Both the position numbers and the translations under genes were made by a program. 58,411 bases of DNA from Ruditapes philippinarum. Taxonomy: Eukaryota. The notes below the pieces were generated by a model that was given only the letters and a program-made list of their open reading frames with translations, was not told the DNA's origin and made no database searches. Where the stretch lies: contig NW_026864517.1 in assembly GCF_026571515.1 (NCBI RefSeq), positions 434,001 to 492,411 of the forward strand, given 5' to 3'. Numbering within the stretch: position 1 is the stretch's first letter; every line of letters begins with the position of its first letter. This document shows positions 25,269 to 37,387 of the stretch, piece by piece.

Positions 25269-28200
25269 GCTAGGTGAAGTTTAGTTAAAGATAATAAAAT
25301 TTATCCGCTAGACTACAGTGAACTTCTATCAGCTACAGTGGCGGTTACAAATCAAAGGGAAAAAACCCGGACCTTTGAAAATCAGTTACGGTGACGACAA
25401 TGTTTTGGATAAGATTTTCCTCGCTTCAATTATAATATTTCAGTCTTATCTGTTACACGAAGATTCATTCTAGTTCTTTTAGATCCCGAAAAATTCATCG
25501 ACCAGTTTCAGTTTCCAATTAAAGAAATGATTTAAAGTATCTACGGTCGAATTTCAATTGATAAAATAAAAAAATCATAATTTATCATACCAAAATCATG
25601 CTTATAAGATAGTTTTTAAAATCAGTGCTTTGTCCAGTTTTATTATCAGTTACTCTGTAAGTTACTGTTAATATAAATTCTGTATACTGTGTTAAAAGGG
25701 AATATACTAGAAATAACACTATTTTTTAAAAAGAACTTGGACTTATGAATATTCAAGAAACATTGTATCATTTCTGTGTGAAAAGATGCAAAATATTGAA
25801 TATACATTGTAACAAATAGATGTCAACAATTTCTTTCAGTAAAGAGGCATACTTTAAATAGTGAAACATTGTTACAGTTTTGACAATATAGATATCCAAC
25901 GTTACAGATGTTACAGATTATAAAATTATGTTGCGGAATAAATATATTTCAGTTTTATGTGTTTTCTGTATGCATAATTATATTAGTAAGATTTCTAAAA
26001 TCATTTTTTTTCTCTTGTAGATTATTGTAAAATATAAATAACTTGGGTGCCTAAATTTATATATTTCTAACACACGGTTCCCTAAGGTTAAAATATCTTG
26101 TCATTCAAAAACGAAATAAAATTTATCCCTTGATTTGTGACAGCTGGACCCTAATCGTTCCTTAAGGTCGGATTTCGCCATCGACGTGGTATTGTGTTTT
26201 TATGAATTAAACATTATGGACAAATAAGTATATAGACCGAATGCCATAGTGAGTATATCTCAAGCTTATCACAAGTGCGAGCCAGGTTCGAATATTTTAC
26301 ATTGGAACCACTTTTTTAAATTGATCTATCTGCATTATTTGCAATAGTCCTTTGTATTGCAAATTTTATGATGTCACTCTCTTATTATTTCAATAATTGA
26401 TTTAGTGTCAATAACGTCGTTAGTTTCATTTTGATAACAGGCTTTCTCGTTAATCATTACATTTTGTGAAATTTAAAAGAAAATAAGTGTCTTCTTCTAC
26501 AGCATTTAACATTTACACCGACATATCTTCCGGTTTGTATCTTTTACAGAAATATACCACATCGGAATTGGGCTAAATGAGACCGTTCAATCTTAGTTAA
26601 TGACGAAAGCAAATAATTTTCAGTATTACAATGCTGTTTAAATTCAATATATGTTTCAAAGCAACATTTCTAACATTATTACACCAATCCGTTTTATATT
26701 TAACAAACAATGCAATTTCGACATCTTTTAGGTTTCCAGGTAACTTGATTTCATAGCAGTGTGACATTTAAATTTGATGCAGGATAATCTTTACATTATA
26801 GCACCATATTTTTCAGAAACAATTGTAATCAAAGTTGACATTTATTTTTGGAAATCTATCGTCCGGTATATAAGTATCTTGGATATACACGCATGATGTA
26901 TATGCTGTTGTTTGTGTTTAACAGTTCATTAAAAAGCTGATATAAAACAACAATGTTTGTCAATTAAGAAATTCAGTAACAATTTACAAATTACCATTTT
27001 TTTCAGCTCTTGTAATTTAAATGTAATTTGTATTGCGAATGGCCATGACAGGTGTTCTTAGAGGAATATTCAATAAAAAATAAATCCAGTGTAGCATTAT
27101 AAATTGCAAATAAACTGTTCAATAATATAATATATTCGTATATGCAAATCCCTGATATTGTATTATACTTATTTCTTTAATATCTGGTTATAATATAGAG
27201 GATATACAAGTAGTATAACAATAAATAAATTTGAATATTGTATTATGAGACCATCTGACTAAGACAATTTAGATATTTAAAAAAATGACTTGTAGTATCT
27301 TAATTAATACAAAACAGAAATGTTTTTAAAAGACATTTTACAATGGAATGCAACAAGCATTTCCAATATTTCAATCTGGACAACTTTGTCAACCCAGAAA
27401 AATAACATGATAAACAAACAAAACAGAATGTTGCACAAAACGGATTTCTTCTCCCTTTCGCACTGTTTGGGGCGAGAAGATTTTTCGCCAAAACATCAAC
27501 ATCAGTATTAACAACAGGTTTACATAGAAATTAATAAGAATGACAAAACCATCAATTGAAATTCTAAATTTAGAATAATTTGGTTTTATTCAGTCTAATT
27601 ATATAAAACATCATCGTGACCGAGGGGCTGCACGCTCGTTTACAATGTGAGAGGTCTGGAGTTCAAATCTCAGTCGTGGCAACTAATTTTTTTCTAAGAG
27701 ATTAAAAAAAAAATTAGCCAGGATATGCAAGGGTATATTATGCTGTCATAAAGAAATGAACATAAATGATTTCATGATGCAAGAAAAAACTCTGGTTATG
27801 CAAAATTCCGTATGTATTCAAACTCAAACTGTTATAGCAAAAAATCTAAACGCAGTCGCTGCAACTCGGTGCCCTGCAAGATTAATTATAGTATTTCAAA
27901 ATAAACTTATACAGAAAAAATACAGATTTAGATTGCAAAGATCAGAAAATACCACAAAGCTCGCAGCCATTTGATTTATATGCAAATGTATTTGTAACAA
28001 GACCAATATGTTTTAAGTGACTGTGTGCACTAATTTATGTTGAGGCACTCTTTTTTTAATGTGATTTTAAACGTTTTTTTTTTCATATTCTGTAAATATT
28101 TAACTTTGCATGAGAGTAATCACTTTCTAGAGGGAATCACCGTACACACAAAAGAAAATGTATTGATACACTTTAACATAATGATAAAGTCTCCATTAAT

Positions 28201-28578
28201 AATAAGTTTGTTATGAATGAAGCTAATAAATAGACAATAAAAAATAATTTCAAATCAGTTTACAAAAGACTCACTTTTTAAAACAGTTGCAAAGTGCATC
28301 TTTTAAACTTTATCAGTCCTGATAAAATTTAAAGTTCTAACACGAAGACAAACTTTAATATGATATCGCTTATATGGTTCATTCTGGTGACAAGGGTAAA
28401 GAGAGTAAATAAACAGCATTGTTATTCTGCACTCCCTGGGACTGAATTACAACTAACACGAACACAATAAGCCAAGTGATCCATAGATGTTAAATTAAAC
28501 AATTTACAAAAATACATAAATATCTTCACAATTTTCTACCTTACCAACAATTTCTCCACATAAATACTCTAATTTAAA

Positions 28579-29774
28579 TTAACGGTATATTAGAAAACAG
28601 AGTTTTGTTTTGCAATGGCTATCAGTCCATTTGTTTGGCTTCGACATGAACAACTTTATAATATAGCCGATCTTTCCGTTGAGAATGTAACCACTGTTAA
28701 TGCTGTTGATATACGTGTTGTCAAAAACTTCAAATGTTACAGATTTATTATGTTGATTCAAATCCGCCTTTGTGAACAATCGTGCCATTTTTTCCATTTG
28801 GATGTCTATTAACGATTACTGCAGAGTACATGTATATCACAGGCAGTCTTATATTCACCAATGCTTTTCTAACACCACAGTTAAAGCTTACTGTTTACTT
28901 TTTTGTGTAAATTGTAAGAGGGACCTCCCAAATCTCAATTTCAAACTCCTTCACTCTCGTTGTTGTCAGGACAAATTGCTTCAAAATAGAACTATGATCT
29001 TGTCGTCCCATTTCTTTTCAGGATCTAACTTCAATCTGTTGTTCCCCGTAATGTTTGACGATACATACTGCATTAACAACTCACATTTTTCTTCAACCTG
29101 TTCTAGCTCAGCTATTCTTATTTCTTCATTGATGTATTAACATGTAGAAATATCTCATTAATGCACTTGCCGAATCCGGGAACGACTTACAGTAGTTTTC
29201 GTCCAATACATCACATGGCCTAGATGATATCAGAAAATATGCATCTAGCACGCAAAGCTTTAAGATCATACAAACATGCTTCATTCAACAACTTGAAACA
29301 GATCATCCGTCGATGTTTCTTCTGTAACAGTCTCAAGTATAACTACTTCACATCTCGGTTTAAGCTGTAAGGACCTGGTACTCTTCTAACAAAGGAAGAA
29401 TGGACCCTAGCATTGTCGCAATTAATTTGGGTGTATGTGTTCGGGTAAATACATCGAAGGAATTCTAAAGACGTCCCTTTAGTTTCTTCCCAGGCAATTC
29501 TAACTCGTCATTTGACTTTTCATTAAAGTCAGATTGAAACATTGCATCAAATACTGGTGATGCAAGTTGACAGAATCACCTTTGCGACGTAAAGCTTTGT
29601 TCCTTCAACAACAAGACACAGATCAGTTCTCCAAAGAGGGGTTCAGTGAAACCGAAAGTAGGCGACTTATCTTCGGCCAGTGCCACTGTTTCACTATCTT
29701 CATCGGCAACGATATTTTTCAACTTCTGAACCCTCAGATTCGTTTACAATTCTGACGTTTTCACCTGCCTCCAT
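28579..29774 (-). pseudogene. BTB-MATH copy 5 (indel-riddled duplicate of copy 6)
   Basis: ATG at 29774. Sequence equals 35390-36570 apart from many single-base insertions. Confidence 0.8.
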
Positions 29775-30609
29775 ATTAAGTTGTAGTTCAGTGTAAAAGT
29801 TCGGTATGTGTAGTGCATATCAATCAGCTAACAATGGCGGTGTATACATCAAAGGGAGGAAACCCGGATGTTTGATAGATGATAATATAGCGGCAGGATA
29901 CTATATAAAAACTAAGTTCACATTCAAATAATCTTATAAACGGTGACACCAATGTTTTGTTATATTTACACCAATTTATTAGGGGTTTTATACCTCAACA
30001 ATTATATTCTGTTATTATTATATTAGTTCTTGTTTTTACTGGATTTTGAACAAAGTTTTTGGTTTTATCTCTACGGTTTTCCACCTTACCAAAACAACTT
30101 TCTCCACAAGTGATTCACTACGATATATGCACTACTGTTATGCGTTAATAACATACTACTTTAAATTTCTATTTGGACATTGAGTCTAAATGCGTCATTT
30201 GTCTCTGACCACTGAAACAGAAGTCATGTATTAGTCAGGCATTTTGAGGAGAAATTTCCTGCGTTGAATATTTAGGAAAAATACTCGGACCGTTCGCCGA
30301 GATATGACCAATTTCGGCATAAAAAGCCAAACAAACGATCAATAAAATAATGGTGCTTTTCTTTAGTTAAAAACAAAGTTTGACTGTATTTGCAGGATGT
30401 TTTTCGGTTTTGTGCTGATATGTTGGTGGTCTGCGGATGAGTTAGGCATGAGAAGGAGTCAAAGACAGCAGTTCAATCAGAGGCTGTACCAATCTAGGTG
30501 AAGAAAATAAGAAGAAATTTCTTTTATCAATATGTATAAATATATTTTTAGTTTTTATTAGATTTATCCTAGTCTGATATTACAAATTCGTATTTCAAAT
30601 TTCTATTTT

Positions 30610-32785
30610 TTATTTCAAATCTAACAGTCTCCAGTTTTCCCCACATGTGTTTGTATTGATACGTTAATCTATGTGTCCGCCGCATATGTTCCTGGAGTGT
30701 ACAGTACCGTCTTAAATAATCTTCCCTGTCTATAATAAAATAAGCCAAGGTGTGTATCTCGAGCTGAATATTTTTTGAAATATTTCACCATTCCAGTTTC
30801 TAGAAGATTTTCTAGAACTTTTTCAAGTTCGCAGCCTTTCACAGTCCATAAGCAAAAAAGTATTTAGATCTACACTGTATTTTTTCCTAACGCCAAGATT
30901 TTTGGCTAAAATTCTGTAGAATTAATGACACTTACATTTATTTTCTTCTGACCAAAATCATTTCGAATAGATGTTAGAACCTTCACCTTTCAATTCAATA
31001 GCAATCGTTTCCGTTTTCAGTCCGAGTCCGAAATTTAGAACAGTGACCCTGCAGATATAAATTACAGACATAAGATATCGATTCGCTTTTCTTAGTGTTT
31101 TCCATTAATTTGTTTCATTGTGCATATGGAAAACATATTTTTAAGTTTAATTCTGTCATTAGCTAAATTAGATGTGTTGACATAAGAAAAAAAAACACAT
31201 ATAGATTGGTCTGGAAACGAGACGTTTTCACAAAACAAAGACGCCTCGGCTAGGTCACGCGATTCGGTTATCTACGTGTATTTATAGCCATTACAAAAAA
31301 TCAAATTTGAGATAATTTGTTGATAAGTCCAAAGAGTTATTGTTAAGTTATCCTTAGTACATTTTGACAACAATTACAAATGTACAATGAAATTAGTGTT
31401 TTTTTCTAGTTCCCGGTTCTCGAGGTAAAAATGTACTTCACACGTTTTTGAAAAAGGTCGAGTTTCGTAAGCTTTTTATTTATTCATTGTTTTTGTGAAA
31501 AAAATGAAATAAGTGTCACATGTTTAAGATTTTTTTTATCTTTCGTTCTGTTTTTTAGAAATATTTGATGTTGAATTTAATGCATCTTAAAAATGCAGCC
31601 CTTCCGCGATATATTTTAAGCATTGAATCTTCATATTGCAATGTATGCACTGTATTTTATGTTACAAAATAATATTCTTACTAATGGGAATCATATAGGA
31701 CTTTTCAAGATCATTCTATCTGAAAGATCGTGGTTTAGGTACTTACCGCGTCTTGCACAATATAAGTAATGGAAATAGCAATCGACATTTCTTAATTTTT
31801 ATTTGAATAAAAGTAACGGAAAATGAACCCACCACTTTTTTGATAAATAGTGGCATTGCCAAATTTTTGACAAATATTGTAACAGAAAAGTGATTTTGTT
31901 AATAACAAGTGACCGATAATTCAAAATTCATGGGTATATGTCATGATGGAGATGTTTAAAGGAACTCCACTGAGGTTCAAATGCCTAAAATCATAAAAAA
32001 AATTTTTTTACACAGATCAGCTTGGACACGTAAAACAGGAAGACTTGCAAACAAATAATTAAGAAATTTACTCAGAAATGAATTGAAAAGCGTATTTTTG
32101 TGACATTTTTTATGATTTGAGTGAAAAGCGTTTAAACGCTTTTCAATTTTGGGTCATTTTCAGTACTTGAATAATTATCCTGGATAAAGCAAAAGAGCAA
32201 ATGATCTAAAATGTTGCACACAAGTTACTTATTTAGACCTACATCAAACTGAGCATTAATCTCGAAAAAATATTTCCAGTCTCGTCATGTCAAAAAAATC
32301 TGAGTGGAGTCCCTTTAAGTGTCAATTTACTGTTTTAACTTTACAATGAATTTCAATTTTTGAACCTCCTTTTGGAGAGTCACAGTACAAACACAATCAC
32401 CAAAATTTTAGTCGCTGGTAAGATATTGTTCGCTTCCTGCCAACAAACAGTAAACAATTACATTCACATAGAAATCTGAAAAAGTCTGTTTTATTAAAAC
32501 AATTCACAAAGGTATGAATAAGACATTGATTGTAAAATGACTCTTGCTGCTTCTTTATCAATAAAGTAACGGAAAGTTACCTAACCGCTGCTTGGTAAAT
32601 ACTGACAGCTGTTGCTGATTTTTATGCTGGTTTAGCTTAGATATGTGACTTAACAGTTTACCTTGGATTGTCTTTAAATTTCTCTTGTAAAGTGTAGCAT
32701 AGTACGGTGTCGGCTCCACTATCAGATGGTCCGTGGTTGTAGACGGCCGGTAAAACAAAGGAAGGCATCTGACCCAAAGTTTCCT
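30610..32785 (-). pseudogene. Methyltransferase copy C (exons 2 and 3 only, indel-riddled duplicate of copy B)
   Basis: Exon 3 at ~30610-31048 and exon 2 at ~32662-32783. Exon 1 is lost at the duplication junction ~32915. Confidence 0.8.
31960..32314. mobile_element. MITE with TTAA TSD and AGG..CCT termini (Kolobok-like)
   Basis: TTAA|AGGAACTCCACT...AGTGGAGTCCCT|TTAA. Central perfect 24-bp palindrome TGAAAAGCGTTTAAACGCTTTTCA at 32122-32145. Absent in introns of copies A, D and E. Confidence 0.8.
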
Positions 32786-35389
32786 GGTTTTATATAATGG
32801 TGAAGTGAATAATTGACATTTTATAACACTCATCAACAGTTCGTATACTTTTCAATAGCAAACAACATAGTATTCACTTTTATTAGAATGCATTTTATGA
32901 TTGATATTTTCTTTTTTGTCATTCAAAAACGAAATAAAATTTATCCCTTGATTTGTGACAGCTGGACCCTAATCGTTCCTTAAGGTCGGATTTCGCCATC
33001 GACGTGGTATTGTGTTTTTATGAATTAAACATTATGGACAAATAAGTATATAGACCGAATGCCATAGTGAGTATATCTCAAGCTTATCACAAGTGCGAGC
33101 CAGGTTCGAATATTTTACATTGGAACCACTTTTTTAAATTGATCTATCTGCATTATTTGCAATAGTCCTTTGTATTGCAAATTTTATGATGTCACTCTCT
33201 TATTATTTCAATAATTGATTTAGTGTCAATAACGTCGTTAGTTTCATTTTGATAACAGGCTTTCTCGTTAATCATTACATTTTGTGAAATTTAAAAGAAA
33301 ATAAGTGTCTTCTTCTACAGCATTTAACATTTACACCGACATATCTTCCGGTTTGTATCTTTTACAGAAATATACCACATCGGAATTGGGCTAAATGAGA
33401 CCGTTCAATCTTAGTTAATGACGAAAGCAAATAATTTTCAGTATTACAATGCTGTTTAAATTCAATATATGTTTCAAAGCAACATTTCTAACATTATTAC
33501 ACCAATCCGTTTTATATTTAACAAAACATGCAATTTCGACATCTTTTAGGTTTCCAGGTAACTTGATTTCATAGCAGTGTGACATTTAAATTTGATGCAG
33601 GATAATCTTTACATTATAGCACCATATTTTTCAAGAAACAATTGTAATCAAAGTTGACATTTATTTTTGGAAATCTATCGTCCGGTATATAAGTATCTTG
33701 GATATACACGCATGATGTATATGCTGTTGTTTGTGTTTAACAGTTCATTAAAAAGCTGATATAAAACAACAATGTTTGTCAATTAAGAAATTCAGTAACA
33801 ATTTTACAAATTACCATTTTTTTCAGCTCTTGTAATTTAAATGTAATTTGTATTGCGAATGGCCATGACAGGTGTTCTTAGAGGAATATTCAATAAAAAA
33901 TAAATCCAGTGTAGCATTATAAATTGCAAATAAACTGTTCAATAATATAATATATTCGTATATGCAAATCCCTGATATTGTATTATACTTATTTCTTTAA
34001 TATCTGGTTATAATATAGAGGATATACAAGTAGTATAACAATAAATAAATTTGAATATTGTATTATGAGACCATCTGACTAAGACAATTTAGATATTTAA
34101 AAAAATGACTTGTAGTATCTTAATTAATACAAAACAGAAATGTTTTTAAAAGACATTTTACAATGGAATGCAACAAGCATTTCCAATATTTCAATCTGGA
34201 CAACTTTGTCAACCCAGAAAAATAACATGATAAACAAACAAAACAGAATGTTGCACAAAACGGATTCTTCTCCCTTTCGCACTGTTTGGGCGAGAAGATT
34301 TTCGCCAAAACATCAACATCAGTATTAACAACAGGTTTACATAGAAATTAATAAGAATGACAAAACCATCAATTGAAATTCTAAATTTAGAATAATTTGG
34401 TTTTATTCAGTCTAATTATATAAAACATCATCGTGACCGAGGGGCTGCACGCTCGTTTACAATGTGAGAGGTCTGGAGTTCAAATCTCAGTCGTGGCAAC
34501 TAATTTTTTTCTAAGAGATTTAAAAAAAAATTAGCCAGGATATGCAAGGGTATATTATGGCTGTCATAAAGAAATGAACATAAATGATTTCATGATGCAA
34601 GAAAAAACTCTGGTTATGCAAAATTCCGTATGTATCAAACTCAAACTGTTATAGCAAAAAATCTAAACGCAGTCGCTGCAACTCGGTGCCCTGCAAGATT
34701 AATTATAGTATTTCAAAATAAACTTATACAGAAAAAATACAGATTTAGATTGCAAAGATCAGAAAATACCACAAAGCTCGCAGCCATTTGATTTTATATG
34801 CAAATGTATTTGTAACAAGACCAATATGTTTTAAGTGACTGTGTGCACTAATTTATGTTGAGGCACTCTTTTTTAATGTGATTTTAAACGTTTTTTTTCA
34901 TATTCTGTAAATATTTAACTTTGCATGAGAGTAATCACTTTCTAGAGGGGAATCACCGTACACACAAAAGAAAATGTATTGATACACTTTAACATAATTG
35001 ATAAAGTCTCCATTAATAATAAGTTTGTTATGAATGAAGCTAATAAATAGACAATAAAATAATTTCAAATCAGTTTACAAAAGACTCACTTTTTAAAACA
35101 GTTTGCAAAAGTGCATCTTTTAAACTTTATCAGTCCTGATAAAATTTAAAGTTCTAACACGAAGACAAACTTTAATATGATCGCTTATATGGTTCATTCT
35201 GGTGACAAGGGTAAAGAGAGTAAATAAACAGCATTGTTATTCTGCACTCCCTGGGACTGAATTACAACTAACACGAACACAATAAGCCAAGTGATCCATA
35301 GATGTTAAATTAAACAATTTACAAAAAATACATAAATATCTTCACAATTTTCTACCTTACCAACAATTTCTCCACATAAATACTTTAAT

Positions 35390-36570
35390 TTAAATTAACG
35401 GTATATTAGAAAACAGAGGTTTTGTTTTGCAATGGCTATCAGTCCATTTGTTTGGCTTCGACATGAACAACTTTATAATATAGCCGATCTTTCCGTTGAG
35501 AATGTAACCACTGTTAATGCTGTTGATATACGTGTTGTCAAAAACTTCAAATGTTACAGATTTATTATGTTGATCAAATCCGCCTTTGTGAACAATCGTG
35601 CCATTTTTTCCATTTGGATGTCTATTAACGATTATGCAGAGTACATGTATATCACAGGCAGTCTTATATTCACCAATGCTTCTAACACCACAGTAAAGCT
35701 TACTGTTTACTTTTTTGTGTAAATTGTAAGAGGGACCTCCCAAATCTCAATTTCAACTCCTTCACTCTCGTTGTTGTCAGGACAAATTGCTTCAAATAGA
35801 ACTATGATCTTGTCGTCCCATTTCTTTTCAGGATCTAACTTCAAATCTGTTGTTCCCCGTAATGTTGACGATACATACTGCATTAACAACTCACATTTTT
35901 CTTCAACCTGTTCTAGCTCAGCTATCTTATTCTTCATTGATGTATTAACATGTAGAAATATCTCATTTAATGCACTTGCCGAAGGGAACGACTTACAGTA
36001 GTTTTCGTCCAATACATCACATGGCCTAGATGATATCAGAAATATGCATCTAGCACGCAAAGCTTTAAGATCATACAAACATGCTTCATTCAACAACTGA
36101 AACAGATCATCCGTCGATGTTTCTTCTGTAACAGTCTCAAGTATAACTACTTCACATCTCGGTTTAAGCTGTAGGACCTGGTACTCTTCTAACAAAGGAA
36201 GAATGACCCTAGCATTGTCGCAATTAATTTGGGTGTATGTGTTCGGGTAAATACATCGAAGGAATTCTAAGACGTCCCTTAGTTTCTTCCCAGGCAATTC
36301 TAACTCGTCATTTGACTTTTCCTTAAAGTCAGATTGAAACATTGCATCAAATACTGGTGATGCAAGTGACAGAATCACCTTTGCGACGTAAAGCTTTGTT
36401 CCTTCAACAACAAGACACAGATCAGTTCTCCAAGAGGGTTCAGTGAAACCGAAAGTAGGCGACTTATCTTCGGCCAGTGCCACTGTTTCACTATCTTCAT
36501 CGGCAACGATATTTTCAACTTCTGAACCCTCAGATTCGTTTACAATTCTGACGTTTTCACCTGCCTCCAT
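35390..36570 (-). CDS. BTB-MATH copy 6 (class II C-terminus), one frameshift at ~35711-35716
   Basis: 287-aa ORF ends ACA AAA AAG TAA. The -1 frame continues VNSKLYCGVRSIGEYK...GYILNGKIGYIIKLFMSKPNKW, colinear with copy 9. Confidence 0.8.
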
Positions 36571-37387
36571 ATTAAGTGTAGTTCAGTAAAAGTTCGGTAT
36601 GTGTAGTGCATATCAATCAGCTAACAATGGCGGTTATACATCAAAGGGAGGAAACCCGGATGTTTGATAGATGATATATAGCGGCAGGATACTATATAAA
36701 ACTAAGTTCACATTCAAATAATCTTATAAACGGTGACACCAATGTTTTGGTTATATTTACACCAATTTATTAGGGGTTTTATACCTCAACAATTATATTC
36801 TGTTATTATTATATTAGTTTTGTTTTTACTGGATTTTGAACAAAGTTTTTGGTTTTATCTCTACGGTTTTCCACCTTACCAACAACTTCTCCACAAGTGA
36901 TTCACTACGATATATGCACTACTGTTATGGTTAATAACATACTACTTTAAATTTCTATTTGGACATTGAGTCTAATGGTCATTTGTCTCTGACCACTGAA
37001 ACAGAAGTCATGTATTAGTCAGGCATTTGAGGAGAAATTTCCTGGTTGAATATTTAGGAAAAATACTCGGACCGTTCGCCGAGATATGACCAATTTCGGC
37101 ATAAAAGCCAAACAAACGATCAATAAAATAATGGTGCTTTTCTTTAGTTAAAACAAAGTTTGACTGTATTTGCAGGATGGTTTTCGGTTTTGTGCTGATA
37201 TGTTGGTGGTCTGCGGATGAGTTAGGCATGAGAAGGAGTCAAAGACAGCAGTTCAATCAGAGGCTGTACCAATCTAGGTGAAGAAAATAAGAAGAAATTC
37301 TTTTATCAATATGTATAAATATATTTTTAGTTTTTATTAGATTTATCCTAGTCTGATATTACAAATTCGTATTTCAAATTTCTATTT

